From: an uncultured delta proteobacterium
GTDB taxonomy: Bacteria; Desulfobacterota; Desulfuromonadia; Geobacterales; DSM-12255
Reading direction: 5' to 3'
Assembly: GCA_963787125.1 (NCBI GenBank)
Contig: CAWBBV010000006.1
Coordinates: 64,001-128,000, forward strand
Length of the DNA: 64,000 nt
Both the position numbers and the translations under genes were made by a program. Below are positions 34,369 to 46,263 of the stretch, in pieces; position 1 is the stretch's first letter, and each line of letters begins with the position of its first letter. A model generated the notes under the pieces. The model did not search any database. It was not told the origin of the DNA and saw only the letters and a list, made by a program, of their open reading frames with translations.

Positions 34369-35637
34369 TCAGCTCTTTGCAAACGGGCATTTCCCGCTGG
34401 TGACATGCTCCCGCACCTCATCTTCAAAATGGCGCAGAAGACCTTCTACCGGCCCCATAGCGCCGGGAGCAAGGGCGCAGAAAGCATAGTTAAGATATTT
34501 GATATGTTCCCGCAATATCTCCATATCGCCCAGCTCTCCCCTGCCGCTCTCTAACTTTTCCAGAAGATGAACCACAAAAGGGAGTCCTTCGCGGCAGGGG
34601 GTACACCAGCCGCACGATTCTCTGGCATAGAAGCGTACCAGATTGAGGGTGGCTGCCACCATGCAGGTATTCTGATCGAAGACGACCACTCCGCCGGTAC
34701 CGAGCCTGGAACCGGCAGCAGCAACCGTATCAAAATCCATCGGCAGGCTAAAGTGCTCAGAGGTCAGATAAGGGGTGGATGCCCCGCCCGGCAGGCACGC
34801 CTTGAAGCGGGTTCCCGGTCTCATGCCGCCGCAATGCCTGTCGATTATCTCGCCCAGTTCGACCCCCAAAGGGAGCTCGATACAGGACGGTTTGGCAACA
34901 TGACCGCTGACACAAAAAAGCTTGGTCCCGGCAGCGCCGGGACAGTTGCCAAGAGACTTGAACCACTCGGCCCCCTTCAGAACAATAGCCGGAATATTCG
35001 CCAGGCTCTCCACATTATTGACAACAGTCGGCCCGCCCCAGAGCCCCTTTATTGCAGGGAACGGCGGCTTGGCGCGGGGATTCGGCCGTCGCCCCTCCAG
35101 GGCGTTCATCAGGGCGGTCTCTTCACCGCAGATATATCTTCCGGCAGAGATATGAACATCGATATCGCAATCAAAACCGCTGCCACAGATATTTTGCCCC
35201 ATCAGTCCGGCAGCTTTCAATTCAGCAATCCCCTGGCTGAGGTTGGCGGCCGCCTGTTCGTAGCCACGGCGGATGAAGATAAAGGCGTGGCGCACGCCGA
35301 TGGCAAAACAGGCCAGGAGCATCCCTTCAAGCAGTGAATAAGGGTTGGCTTCAAGAAGTATCCGGTCTTTGTAAGTGCCCGGTTCCATTTCGTCACAATT
35401 ACAGATGAGCCAGCGCGGCCCGGGCAGGTTGCGCGGGACGAACGACCACTTCTTGCCGGTCGGAAAACCGGCGCCGCCACGGCCACGCAGATTGGAATCG
35501 ATCACAACCTGCTGGACACCATCCGGCGACATCTCCCCGAGCGCCTGCTTAAGAGCAGAGAAGCCGTCTCCAGCCAGATACTCTTGAAAAGCGACGACCC
35601 TGCCGGGACGGTTATGCCTGAAAAGCAGCTGCTCCAT
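34369..35637 (-). CDS. nuoF: NADH-quinone oxidoreductase subunit F
   Basis: LRGRGGAGFPTG, YICGEETAL, ESCGWCTPCREG. Confidence 0.96.
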   Translation of the reverse strand: MEQLLFRHNRPGRVVAFQEYLAGDGFSALKQALGEMSPDGVQQVVIDSNLRGRGGAGFPTGKKWSFVPRNLPGPRWLICNCDEMEPGTYKDRILLEANPYSLLEGMLLACFAIGVRHAFIFIRRGYEQAAANLSQGIAELKAAGLMGQNICGSGFDCDIDVHISAGRYICGEETALMNALEGRRPNPRAKPPFPAIKGLWGGPTVVNNVESLANIPAIVLKGAEWFKSLGNCPGAAGTKLFCVSGHVAKPSCIELPLGVELGEIIDRHCGGMRPGTRFKACLPGGASTPYLTSEHFSLPMDFDTVAAAGSRLGTGGVVVFDQNTCMVAATLNLVRFYARESCGWCTPCREGLPFVVHLLEKLESGRGELGDMEILREHIKYLNYAFCALAPGAMGPVEGLLRHFEDEVREHVTSGKCPFAKS

Positions 35638-35640
35638 CTA

Positions 35641-36123
35641 TCAAGCACCCCCCGCTAATGCCCGCTCAGCCTCAATAGCCTTTAAAGCCGTCTCCATGGT
35701 CAGGTTTCCGTACATAGTATCACCAATCATCATGGCCGGTGACTCACCGCAGTTGCCAAGACAGCAGCACGGCAGCAGCGTAAAGATGCCATCAAGAGTG
35801 GTATTGCCGACATCAATGCCGAGATTCTTGGCAACATGGTTCATAAGAGCTTCACCCCCCAACGACCAGCAGGAGATGGAATCACAGAGATGAATGACTT
35901 TTTTCCCGACCGGGCGGCGATAAATCATTTCGTAAAAAGTAGCCAGCTCTTCCACCTGAATAGGGGAGAGCCCCAGAATTTCCGCAGCATCAAAGACAGC
36001 CTCATCAGTCAACCAGCCGTAGTGAGCCTGCAGAGTCTTCATCACATCCACAGCCGCCTCGCGATGGGTGATGGCCGCGGCAACTCTCTGTTTCAATGCA
36101 GATTTCAGTATTTCAGGAATCAT
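35641..36123 (-). CDS. nuoE: NADH-quinone oxidoreductase subunit E
   Basis: ATFY, CDSISC, CLGNC 2Fe-2S motifs; start at MIPE. Confidence 0.93.
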   Translation of the reverse strand: MIPEILKSALKQRVAAAITHREAAVDVMKTLQAHYGWLTDEAVFDAAEILGLSPIQVEELATFYEMIYRRPVGKKVIHLCDSISCWSLGGEALMNHVAKNLGIDVGNTTLDGIFTLLPCCCLGNCGESPAMMIGDTMYGNLTMETALKAIEAERALAGGA

Positions 36124-36127
36124 AGTT

Positions 36128-38503
36128 TTACCTGTCCAAATCAGCCAACACAAAATCTATCGACCCGAGTATCGCCAGAAAATCCCCCAGCAGCCACCCT
36201 CTGCTCATGATCGGCAGCGCCTGGATATGCGGAAAGCTCGGAGTCTTTATCCGCAACCGGTACGGGCTGTTCAGTCCATCAGAGACTATGAAATAGCCGT
36301 TCTCACCCTTTGGCGCCTCGATTGCCGAATAATTCTCGCCTACAGGTGGGCTCATACCACGGGTGGTATTGACAAAGTGATGGATCAAAGACTCAATATC
36401 ATTGAGCGCAGCTCTTTTTTGCGGCAGGACGAAACGACCATCTTCGGTCATCCAGCGCCCTGCCGGCATATTATGCAGGCACTGCCTGACTATCTGCAGC
36501 GACTGGTCGATCTCGGCCATGCGCACCTGATAACGTGCCAGGCAGTCACCACCCTCTGCAGTAGGAATATCGAACTCAAAGCGCTCATAACCGCAGTAAG
36601 GGATCTTCCTTCTCAGATCCCACTCGACCCCGCAGGCGCGCAGATTAGGCCCGGAAAGCCCCCACGCAAAAGCATCCTCTTTGGAGATTATCCCGACACC
36701 CTTCAGGCGGGCAATAAGGATCGGATTTTTATCGAGCAGATCATGATACTCCTTCAGCCTTGGCGGCAGCCACTCCAGCAACGACTTGACCGATTCTTCC
36801 CACCCCTGGGGAAGATCGTCCGCCACCCCGCCAATCCTGAACCAGGCCGGGTGCATCCTGCCGCCGGTAATCAGCTCGACTATATCAAATATCTTCTCAC
36901 GATCGGTAAACGTGTAGAAAACCGGGGTCATGGCACCGATATCAGCTGTAAAGGTACCGAGCCAGACAAGATGACTGGCAATCCGGAATAGTTCGGCCAG
37001 CATGACCCTGATAACCTCTGCCCGCTCCGGCACTTTGATACTGCAGAGTTTTTCCACTGAATTGACATAGGCAAGGTTGTTCTGCACCCCGGCAAGGTAG
37101 TCGATTCTGTCCGTATAGGGGATGAACTGGTGCCAGTTCTGCCGCTCGGCAATCTTCTCCGCCCCCCGGTGATGATAGCCGATATCAAAGTCGATATCCG
37201 TTATCTCTTCGCCGGAAAGCTTGAGGATACAGCGGATTATGCCGTGGGTGCCGGGGTGTTGTGGGCCAAGATTGAGAATCAAAGTCTCGTCTGAAGAGTC
37301 TTCAAAAAATGCTTCTGCCGGGAGCGCATCGTGTTTTCTGGCATCAGCAGTCGTATATGGCGGCATCTCCGTGGCTCTGAACGGGTGCTCCTTGCGCAGC
37401 GGATGGCCTTGCCAATCATGGGGCATCAGTATCCGGCGCAGATTTTTGTGGCCGTCGAATTTTATGCCGTACATATCGTAAACTTCACGCTCATACCAGG
37501 AGGCAGCAGGGAAAACAGCGGTTATGGATGGTTGCGTCGGGAACGTTCCAGCCAAATCAATTTTCAGTCTGAGATGACCGGGCAGATCGAAATTGAGCAG
37601 ATGATAATTGAGGGTAAAATCGCTGAATTCTTCCCGCTTGAGGCGACAGGAATTATCAACCGCGACAATATCCTCTAAGCGCTTGAAGGGCGCTTTTGGG
37701 CGATTTTTCAGGTGCCTGGTCACGTCAGGCAATAGCTCTGGCGGTAATCGGTAAGTGAGCATATCTGTTGCCACCGGATCGCGGCTGATCTGTTCACCGA
37801 AAAGCTGCTCAAGTTCTCCGCCAAGGCCAAACTCTTCGTAATCGTGTCGCTTGGCAACCGGACGCCACTGCTGGTCAGAACGAGGCTGCCAGGGTGATGG
37901 ATGGCCGACAGAAACACCGCGGATCGAGGTCCCTTGCATGCCGGTACCACGGGGGTCGCAACTTTTGTCAATGCCGTCAATCAGCACCCTGGTTGTCGTC
38001 CCTTGAGAACCACCGGGAAGATGCAGGACTGGCCTTGCCGGACGTTCATTGGTGCGGATCTTCTCCTGGAGCAGCATCAGCCCCTGCATAAAAGCTTCCG
38101 GCCTGGGCGGACAGCCGGGTATATAGACATCAACCGGGATAATCTGGTTCACACCCTGGACAACGCTGTAGACATCGTACATCCCGCCGGAATTGGCGCA
38201 GCTCCCCATGGCCATGACCCATTTGGGCTCTGCCATCTGCTCATAAAGACGGAGAATCGATGGCGCCATCTTCCGGAAGACCGTGCCGGCAATGACCATC
38301 AAATCGGCTTCCCGGGGGGTGCCACGGAGCACCTCGGCACCAAACCGGGAAACATCGTAGCGGGAGGTAAATGAAGTCATCATCTCGACAAAGCAGCAGG
38401 AAAGGCCGAAGAACATCGGCCAGAGAGAGTTGGCACGCCCCCAGTTGATCAGGTCGTCAAGATTGGTGAGAAGAATATTGTCGGTGGTCTGGTCGTCAGT
38501 CAT
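36128..38503 (-). CDS. nuoBCD: Fused NADH-quinone oxidoreductase subunits B/C/D
   Basis: NuoB ([16 protein letters not shown]), NuoC ([15 protein letters not shown]) and NuoD ([18 protein letters not shown]) in one 791-aa ORF. Confidence 0.95.
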   Translation of the reverse strand: MTDDQTTDNILLTNLDDLINWGRANSLWPMFFGLSCCFVEMMTSFTSRYDVSRFGAEVLRGTPREADLMVIAGTVFRKMAPSILRLYEQMAEPKWVMAMGSCANSGGMYDVYSVVQGVNQIIPVDVYIPGCPPRPEAFMQGLMLLQEKIRTNERPARPVLHLPGGSQGTTTRVLIDGIDKSCDPRGTGMQGTSIRGVSVGHPSPWQPRSDQQWRPVAKRHDYEEFGLGGELEQLFGEQISRDPVATDMLTYRLPPELLPDVTRHLKNRPKAPFKRLEDIVAVDNSCRLKREEFSDFTLNYHLLNFDLPGHLRLKIDLAGTFPTQPSITAVFPAASWYEREVYDMYGIKFDGHKNLRRILMPHDWQGHPLRKEHPFRATEMPPYTTADARKHDALPAEAFFEDSSDETLILNLGPQHPGTHGIIRCILKLSGEEITDIDFDIGYHHRGAEKIAERQNWHQFIPYTDRIDYLAGVQNNLAYVNSVEKLCSIKVPERAEVIRVMLAELFRIASHLVWLGTFTADIGAMTPVFYTFTDREKIFDIVELITGGRMHPAWFRIGGVADDLPQGWEESVKSLLEWLPPRLKEYHDLLDKNPILIARLKGVGIISKEDAFAWGLSGPNLRACGVEWDLRRKIPYCGYERFEFDIPTAEGGDCLARYQVRMAEIDQSLQIVRQCLHNMPAGRWMTEDGRFVLPQKRAALNDIESLIHHFVNTTRGMSPPVGENYSAIEAPKGENGYFIVSDGLNSPYRLRIKTPSFPHIQALPIMSRGWLLGDFLAILGSIDFVLADLDR

Positions 38504-38509
38504 AGAGCC

Positions 38510-38899
38510 TCAAAAGTCACGTCTTTTAACTCTGGAAGGCCCCCATTCAAGCCCTCCTTTAAGCCATATCCAGACCAGACCGCACAAAAGAGCGACAATA
38601 AAGAACGTTATATGGACCAGTCCGGCAAAACCGAGCTCTTTCCAAACGACTGCCCAGGTGAAGATGAACGCGGACTCCACATCAAAGACGATAAAAAATA
38701 TTGCAATGAGATAAAAAGGGACCGGAGTGGCAAGTCGGGCCGAACCGCTGGGAATAATGCCTGATTCGTAGGGGAGATTCTTGTTGTTGCTTGCACCGCC
38801 ACTTCCTAAAAAAGCGGCAGCCAAAAGCAACCCGACCACAATAATAACTGTGAGAGCAGTATAAATGATGAATGGATAAAGCTGGGTGAGAATACCCAT
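38510..38899 (-). CDS. nuoA: NADH-quinone oxidoreductase subunit A
   Basis: PYESG, FYLIAIFFIVFDVE, GGLEW. Confidence 0.95.
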   Translation of the reverse strand: MGILTQLYPFIIYTALTVIIVVGLLLAAAFLGSGGASNNKNLPYESGIIPSGSARLATPVPFYLIAIFFIVFDVESAFIFTWAVVWKELGFAGLVHITFFIVALLCGLVWIWLKGGLEWGPSRVKRRDF

Positions 38900-38986
38900 G
38901 CCACCTGGCTCCTTTAATGACTCTATGTGTATGACAAATTAGAGTAACGTTACAGCAGATACGCTGATTGTCAATGTCATGCTGGC

Positions 38987-40621
38987 TTAACCCATCCTCA
39001 CTATCCTGTCGACGATCGTGAGCGGCGCAGGCCTGTGAGTTATCAAAAGAAGACTCTTCCCTTTGAGCCTCTGATCGAGCCGCTTGAGAATCTTCAGTTC
39101 CGTAGCCGCATCGAGTCCTTCAGTCGGTTCATCGAGGATATACAGCGGCACATCCTTCAAAAGAGCCCTCGCCAAGGCGACCCGGCGCGCCTCGCCGCCG
39201 GAGATTTCGCTTCCGCCCTCCCCTACACTGGTGTCAAGGCCATCAGGCAGTCCTGATAACCACTCATCGAGTGCGGCAGCATGAATTACAGCGGCAATCT
39301 CGGTTGGGGTCGCATTCGGATAGGCAACGGTAATATTCTCCCTGACAGTGGAGTTGAAGATGTGCGGCTCTTGGGGAAGTGCCGAGATAAGGGCACGCAG
39401 TTCGTTGGAACAGAGCTCGTTCAACTCGATCCCGCCGATTGTGATACTCCCTTCATAGTCACGAAACCGGAGCAGGAGTTCGGCAATAGTACTCTTGCCG
39501 ACGCCGCTCTTACCGGTAAGGGCGACTCTTTCGCCAGCGGAAATATCAAGATCAAACTCAGTTAAAACCGGATTATCGCCATAGTTAAATCTGACATTAC
39601 GACACGCTATGGAAAAATCGGCGGGCGCTTTAATCGGCATCAATGGCTCCGGCACAGGGAGCTCAGCAGCAGCGAGTTCGACAATTCGCCGGGCAGACTC
39701 GGCAGCCCCCGGGTACTGCAGCATGGCAGCAGCCATCCCGCCAGCGGCCTCAAAAGCAGCTGCAGAAAAAAGCAGCAACATGACCAGACTCGCTCCCTGA
39801 ATCTCACCGGAAAGAACCGAAAAGGATGCACAGAGAAGAACAGCCACAACTCCTCCTCCGGCAGACAGCAGGCTTGCGGAGGAGACAAGAGCACTTTTAT
39901 GGGCAAGACTTTTCTGCTCCATTATCAGGCTGGCAGAAAGCGCTTCAACTTTTTTAACTTGCAGCTCTACAGCTCCGAGAAGAATGAGTTCATCGCCGCC
40001 AATTATGCCGTCGGTAACGGCTCTGCGGAGCTCACCGGTCAGTGCCGCCGCATTTTTGCCATGCGGTGCTGCCAGCCGTCCTGCCAAGAGCGGCAGGAAC
40101 AATCCCGAAATTGTCAGGAAGAATAGGAGCATAGCTGCGGCTGAAGCGCTCCAAAAGCTGACAAACAGAGTTGCAGCAATAATTGCAAACGCTCCGGCAG
40201 CAAGCGGAGCGATGACTCTGATGTAGAGATTTTCAAGGGAATCAATATCGCCGCGCAGCCTTGCCGCAAGTTCACCGCTGGAGTATCTCTCCAGCAGCCC
40301 TGGAGAGAGCGGGGCGAATTTCAGAAAAAGCCAGACGCGCAGTTCCGAAAGAAGTCGCAGAGCGGCTCCATGAGTTATCAGCCTCTCCAGATAGCGCCCG
40401 ACCGTTCGGCTGATGGCAAGCAGCCTGATAGCGGCGGAAGGGATAAAATAATTAAAGGAAACCTTGGTAACTCCGGCAACAGCCATAGAGGCAATGAACC
40501 AGCCGGAAACTGCCATCAACAGGGAGTTGGCAGCAATGACAGTTACGCCGGCAATGATTCCGAGCAGCAACCAGCCCCACTGACTCCTGGCAACGGTCAA
40601 AATCAGAAGAATGTCACGCAT
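38987..40621 (-). CDS. cydC: Thiol/heme ABC exporter subunit CydC
   Basis: SGWFIA..A, RTVGRYLERLITH, GKSGVGKS, SGGE, LDEPTEGLD; start at MRDILL overlapping the cydD stop. Confidence 0.9.
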   Translation of the reverse strand: MRDILLILTVARSQWGWLLLGIIAGVTVIAANSLLMAVSGWFIASMAVAGVTKVSFNYFIPSAAIRLLAISRTVGRYLERLITHGAALRLLSELRVWLFLKFAPLSPGLLERYSSGELAARLRGDIDSLENLYIRVIAPLAAGAFAIIAATLFVSFWSASAAAMLLFFLTISGLFLPLLAGRLAAPHGKNAAALTGELRRAVTDGIIGGDELILLGAVELQVKKVEALSASLIMEQKSLAHKSALVSSASLLSAGGGVVAVLLCASFSVLSGEIQGASLVMLLLFSAAAFEAAGGMAAAMLQYPGAAESARRIVELAAAELPVPEPLMPIKAPADFSIACRNVRFNYGDNPVLTEFDLDISAGERVALTGKSGVGKSTIAELLLRFRDYEGSITIGGIELNELCSNELRALISALPQEPHIFNSTVRENITVAYPNATPTEIAAVIHAAALDEWLSGLPDGLDTSVGEGGSEISGGEARRVALARALLKDVPLYILDEPTEGLDAATELKILKRLDQRLKGKSLLLITHRPAPLTIVDRIVRMG

Positions 40622-42308
40622 AAGAAACTCCGGCAGTTGCAATCCTGCCGTCACTAATCGAAACGACTTTGTCTGCCCAGCTGACCGTATCCTCACGATG
40701 ACTTATGATAAGAACGGTTCGTTCCCTGGCCAGAGCCCGCAGCGCGGCACAGACAAGCCGCTCGTTCTCGCTGTCAAGACCGGCAGTCGGCTCATCAAGG
40801 ATAATCAGATCAGGGTTACGTAAAAAAACACGTGCCAGGGCAAGCCGACGGAGCTCACCGCCGGAAAGTCCGGCGCCGCAGTCACCCAGCGCTGAGTTCA
40901 GTAATTCAGGAAGCTGTTCCACAAACGCCAACGCTGAAGCAGAACGCAGCGCCGCAAAAAGTTCGTCATCACTGCAGCCGGTAAGACCAACCGCTAGATT
41001 CTCCCTGATTGTGCCGGCAAAAAAGAAAGGTGCTTGCGGAACCATGGCTATCCGGCTTTGCCAGAGCTTCGGCTCGATTTTAGATAACTCGATCCCGTTG
41101 ACGACTATCCGTCCTTCATGTGGGTGGGTTAAAGAGAGAAGCAGCCCGGCAAGAGTCGACTTACCGGCGCCGCTGGCACCGACAAGCGCTGTGATCTCCC
41201 CGGAGGCAAGGTGCAGATCAACGCCTGTCACCCCTCCCCTGGCAGAGTTATAGTGAAAAGTCACCCCTTCATAAGCAATGGATAAACTTCCTGGTGGCAA
41301 CGTCTGATATTCGGGTAAAGCCTGGAGATGCTCAGCATCTGACAGCAATGGAAATATCCGCTCGGCAGCAGCTATCCCCTGCATTCTTGCATGATAAGAG
41401 AGACCAAGCGTCCGAAGGGGCAGATAGAACTCAGGTGCAAGCAGGAGGATGAACAGACCATCTACCAACTGCAGCCTGCCGCTTAACAGACAAAATCCGG
41501 TGATCACCGCGACGACCGCCGTCCCGACGGTTGAAAAAAATTCGAGGGTAAATGCTGAGAGAAAGGCAACCCTGAGAACTGCCATAGTCGAATGGCGATA
41601 CTCTTCCGACACGAAAGCGACGGCATCAGCCTCCCGCTTCACTGCCGAGCAGATTCTAAGATCCGGAAGGCCTTTGACAAGGTCAAGCAGATGTCCGGAC
41701 ATTCTTGACAGCTTAACCCATTGGCGCCGGTTAAGGCTCTGGGTACCTTTACCGACCAGAATCATGAGAAGGGGAATGAAGGGCGCTGAAAAAAGGAGTA
41801 CCAGCGAGACTCTCCACTCGACTGGAATTACGAAAAAAAGAATCAGTGGCGGCAGGCTGGCTGCCAGGGCAAGATGAGGTAGAAATCTGGTGAAGTAGGA
41901 TTCCAGCGAATCCACGCCTAAAGTAACAGCTTCAACAAGAGAGGGAGTATCCGCACCACGTCCGGCAGTCCCGGCGGCAAGAATCCGGCGACAGAGTCTG
42001 CTTCTGACATCCTGCTTCAGAGTTGCCGCAGCAGCGGCGACATTCTTTTCAGAAACATAGAAGAGCGCGCTTCTTGAGAGCGCCAGGAGGATCAAAGTTG
42101 CAGCGAGAGGGATAAGCGGTTCCATTGCTGATTTTTCGATGACAATCAGCTGACAGGCTGCTGCAAGGGCTCGTGCCTGTAAGACTGTCAGCAGACCGGC
42201 CAAAGCTGCCAGCAGAAAGGAAAAAAGCAGGGGGCCCTTCAGAGCTGCGGCTTGTTTGACCAGCCATCGCTCTAAAGTTCGGTCATCAACAGGCTGAGCG
42301 CTATTCAT
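40614..42308 (-). CDS. cydD: Thiol/heme ABC exporter subunit CydD
   Basis: SAPFIPLLMILVG, TMAVLRVAFLS, LAPEFYLPLR..YHAR, GASGAGKS, LSGGE. Confidence 0.9.
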   Translation of the reverse strand: MNSAQPVDDRTLERWLVKQAAALKGPLLFSFLLAALAGLLTVLQARALAAACQLIVIEKSAMEPLIPLAATLILLALSRSALFYVSEKNVAAAAATLKQDVRSRLCRRILAAGTAGRGADTPSLVEAVTLGVDSLESYFTRFLPHLALAASLPPLILFFVIPVEWRVSLVLLFSAPFIPLLMILVGKGTQSLNRRQWVKLSRMSGHLLDLVKGLPDLRICSAVKREADAVAFVSEEYRHSTMAVLRVAFLSAFTLEFFSTVGTAVVAVITGFCLLSGRLQLVDGLFILLLAPEFYLPLRTLGLSYHARMQGIAAAERIFPLLSDAEHLQALPEYQTLPPGSLSIAYEGVTFHYNSARGGVTGVDLHLASGEITALVGASGAGKSTLAGLLLSLTHPHEGRIVVNGIELSKIEPKLWQSRIAMVPQAPFFFAGTIRENLAVGLTGCSDDELFAALRSASALAFVEQLPELLNSALGDCGAGLSGGELRRLALARVFLRNPDLIILDEPTAGLDSENERLVCAALRALARERTVLIISHREDTVSWADKVVSISDGRIATAGVSYA

Positions 42309-42320
42309 AATAGCTACTAT

Positions 42321-44252
42321 TTAAGCGCGTTTAGGGAGAGGTATCACTTTTCTGTTGTCTTCACTTGGAAAAAGATCGGGTCTTACACGCTGAAAGGTTA
42401 AGGGAACATCACCGTTAAAATGATAGGAAGGCTTGAACTCAGGGACAATGCGTTTCAGTGACTTGATCAGCGCGGCCACATCATCGGTCCGGGCAGCCTG
42501 ATACAGAATCTCTAACTCGGCTTTAACCGCCTCTCTATCAATCTGCACCGGAGCAAGAACTCTGATCTTTTCATGGGTTGTAGGAATGATTCCCTCACCG
42601 TCAATCAAGAGCTCTTCAAAAAGTTTCTCTCCCGGTCTGAGTCCGGAGAAAACAATATCAATATCCTCATACGGGACAAGACCGGAAAGTCTGATAAGCT
42701 CTTCGGCGAGATCAACAATTCTGACCGGCTCTCCCATATCAAGCACGAGAATTTCGCTGTCAGCCCCGATTCCACCTGCCTGAAGGACAAGTTGAGAAGC
42801 TTCAGGAATTGTCATGAAATAACGGATAACCCGTTTATCTGTGACCGTTACCGGACCGCCATTCGCAATCTGCTCCTTGAACAGCGGAATGACACTGCCG
42901 TTACTCCCGAGTACATTACCAAAACGGACAGTTGTACATTTAGTTCTATGCGTTAAAGCAATCGATTGGACATAAATCTCCGCCGCCCGCTTGGTCGCGC
43001 CCATGACATTAGTCGGATTAACAGCCTTGTCAGTGGAGATCATCACAAAATTTTCAGCTTTGCAGTGGCAGGCGGCATCAACAACATTTTTTGAGCCGAA
43101 GACATTATTAAGAACGGCCTGAATAGGATTGTATTCCATCATCGGCACATGCTTATAGGCAGCAGCATGAAACACAACCTGGGGGAGAAACTCGTCGAAA
43201 GCCGTAAGAATTTTTTCCCTGTCACGTACATCAGCCATCAAAGGCATGATCCTGACATCAGGATGTCTTGCTGCAAGCTCCTTCTCGATCTCATAAAGAG
43301 GCGTTTCAGCCTGGTCAAGAAGAATCAGCTTTTCGGGATAAAATTGTGCGACCTGCCGGCAGATTTCACTGCCGATGCTGCCACCCGCGCCGGTAACAAG
43401 CACCCGTTTGCCGGCAAGATAGCTGCCGATAAGCACTCTGTCCAGAACAACCTGGTCACGACCGAGAAGATCCTCAATATCCACCTTTTTAATTTGAGAG
43501 AAAGTAATCTTGCCGTTGATCAGATTGCTGATACTAGGCAGGGTACTGAAAGTTACATTCTCATTTTTACAGGAGTCGACAACTTCACGCAGAGCCTTAC
43601 CATCAGCCGAGGGCATGGCAATGATGACATCGGCTATCTCGTTGGAGCGAATAATAGAACTCAGCTGCTTTGAAGTCCCAAGGATAGGCACGCCGTGCAA
43701 CTTGAGCCCTTTTTTCTCAGCATCATCATCAATAAAACCAATGACATTGTAGGCAGAAGCCGGTTGACGCCTGATCTCTTTAAGAAGCATACTGCCGGCC
43801 TCTCCAGCTCCGACAATCAGGGCTCTGGTTCCATCCACGCGACTGCCGACCCGGTAACTTTCCCGATAAATCCGCCAAATCAGACGACTTGCAGCAAGGA
43901 AAGAGAAGAGGAGCATGGCATCAATCAGGAATATTGAGCGAGGAATCGGTGTAAATTGCCTCATAAAGAGAACCGCAAAAACCGCAAGAATTGAGGAAAA
44001 AACAACCCCCTTAAACATCTCGATCGCATCCTGCAGGGAAGCATAACGCCAGATATTCAGGTAGAACCCGGTGGCAATAAAGACCAGTGGCTTTACAACC
44101 AGCACTACAACCAGACATTCCCAGAAAAGTTGCATTTCAGCGGGAGGGATATAAAAATCGAAGCGTAACAGGAAAGAGAGACAAAGAGCAGCACTGATAA
44201 GAAGGAGATCAAACAGAAACACCAAAATTCGACGTCTTGTGAGCATTGACAT
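42321..44252 (-). CDS. Membrane-bound NDP-sugar 4,6-dehydratase (CapD/WbpM/PglF family)
   Basis: 4 TM segments, GAGEAG, GAGGSIGSE, HAAAYKHVP, STDKAVNPTNVMGATK, RFGNVLGS. Confidence 0.93.
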   Translation of the reverse strand: MSMLTRRRILVFLFDLLLISAALCLSFLLRFDFYIPPAEMQLFWECLVVVLVVKPLVFIATGFYLNIWRYASLQDAIEMFKGVVFSSILAVFAVLFMRQFTPIPRSIFLIDAMLLFSFLAASRLIWRIYRESYRVGSRVDGTRALIVGAGEAGSMLLKEIRRQPASAYNVIGFIDDDAEKKGLKLHGVPILGTSKQLSSIIRSNEIADVIIAMPSADGKALREVVDSCKNENVTFSTLPSISNLINGKITFSQIKKVDIEDLLGRDQVVLDRVLIGSYLAGKRVLVTGAGGSIGSEICRQVAQFYPEKLILLDQAETPLYEIEKELAARHPDVRIMPLMADVRDREKILTAFDEFLPQVVFHAAAYKHVPMMEYNPIQAVLNNVFGSKNVVDAACHCKAENFVMISTDKAVNPTNVMGATKRAAEIYVQSIALTHRTKCTTVRFGNVLGSNGSVIPLFKEQIANGGPVTVTDKRVIRYFMTIPEASQLVLQAGGIGADSEILVLDMGEPVRIVDLAEELIRLSGLVPYEDIDIVFSGLRPGEKLFEELLIDGEGIIPTTHEKIRVLAPVQIDREAVKAELEILYQAARTDDVAALIKSLKRIVPEFKPSYHFNGDVPLTFQRVRPDLFPSEDNRKVIPLPKRA

Positions 44253-44429
44253 AACACCTCTATAGTCTGATAATGTTTAGTATTTTTAAAACAAAATTGC
44301 AATTTTAGCAAGGAGATAACTGACTTAGTCTAGTCATCATCTGTAAATAATAATTTTTTGTAGTGAGATTTATTTGACAACCTTAACTTATTTCAGCCAA
44401 CGTAAAAGAAGATTATTTGATTAGACACT

Positions 44430-44532
44430 TTAACCCACTTAACTGCCTTACATTACGATAATAGCGCTCACTTCGGTATCCATTAGGTGCCTTATGCAAC
44501 AAAAGACCTGTTTTTTCCCAGTAGTGGGTTAA
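44430..44532. repeat. MITE-like intergenic element with 10-bp terminal inverted repeats
   Basis: TTAACCCACT ... AGTGGGTTAA (perfect IR) enclosing 83 non-coding bp. Confidence 0.5.
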
Positions 44533-46263
44533 TAAATCTCCGTCATCTTTGGTCTTAAACAGATCGCTACCGATATAGCCTTAATGTTAAATTATCAAGG
44601 CTAATCCTAGTCGTTGTTGAGTTCGCCCCTCCCAGGACTACATCGCCTGTATTCGGATTAACTGACAGCCAGATTAAACCATTACCAGTGCTGGAATTAT
44701 AAGCAAAGACCGGCAAGTCAACATAGAGCTGCGGTATAAATCCAGCTGGCAACGTAAAAATCACCGTTCCGTCTGTCTTCGTACCACCTGTAATACTGCC
44801 GAAAATTGACAACAGGTCATTTGATATTTTCTTAAAGGACACTGGGGTATGGTCTGATACCTGAGTCCACGAATTCAATAAAGTAGGAACTTTATAGAGT
44901 CCTACCGTTCCAACACCCGAATCCTTGAAAAGCTGAGTATTCCTCATTGCAGTTCGCCAGTTGTTCCAAGTCTCTTGTGCTGTTGCTCCTGGCTGTAAAA
45001 AGAAGTTATCTCCAGCCAAATCGGCGCCCCAACAATTTGCGGTTGTTGTTAAAACTGATTGAGTTGTAGAATTACCTACATTAAAGCGGTTCTTGCTTAA
45101 AGATGCACCTATCACATAATCAAGATAGATGTTTGAAGCACCTGAGTCATAATTACCCAGATTAAAAGTATTTTTAGCAATGGTCGGCTGCATAATAGGA
45201 GCGCCGTTTGTTTGTGCTGCTCCGTTCAAATCAGTGTAATTAGTTGCCCCTGAAAGGACTATCTGCGCCTTTACCCCCGCCATACCAACCTGCTGTTGCT
45301 CAAACTGGTTGTTCTCAATAACCATATTCCCGGCATTCTGCACAAAAATACCACCTGAAACATTGACTGAGAGGTTACCAGTGTAATTGAGCTGATTCGC
45401 GCCGGAAACTAAATTGACATAAAGACCGTAGTTATTACCGCGTAACTCGTTATTTTCAATCCTGTTCGTATCCCCTGCACGATTAAAAGCAATCCCGTTA
45501 AAAATAACGTTATCACGGATAATCGAATTAAAGAATGTTTCCAGTGTGCCGGTGTTGCTGTCCTGAAAAATCCCGTATTTACCAAGTGGGTCGATTCTGA
45601 TTCTCTGAATTATCAGGTTATTAATCTGCTGCGACGTATTAACAGTCGTATCGAGGAAAATACCGTTTCTTGCCGGTGTGCCGCTTAGTGCTGAAATTGT
45701 GAAGTCAGAAATAACCCCGTTGTTATAGGGATATGGACCTGAATTTAAAAAACTTACCCGTAAGACGTCGATAGTCGCTGCAACAGCAGAATCAACCTGT
45801 AAAATAGTTGAGTTACGGCCTGCACCTATAAGGTCAATCGGGCGGTTATACAAAATACACTCACTTGCATTTGTTGCTTTAATAGGGAGTGTCCCTGCTG
45901 GCAGCTTTACCCTCTGTCCGTATTCCGCTGATACAATCGCTTTATTGATCGCAGTAGCCCAATTCCCACCGTCATCGTAAAACCAAGCAGGGGATATTTC
46001 GGCAACATTCGCGCCGAATACTACTGACCCTGTACCGGCGAAAGCACGATACAACCCTGCATCGAAGGGAGAATCTATCTTGAATTTAGTTGTATTGCCG
46101 ATGCTGCCGCCCATTTCTACTTTTAAGACTCTATCTGCAGGCCACGAATGAAGTGTAGTTGACGAAATGTTACTAAAGGTTGATGAGAGTGCTGAGGTTA
46201 TTATAATCGTCTTCCCTGCACAATCGGCTCTTGTTGCGGCTGATGCAAGCGTTGGTACGGTAC

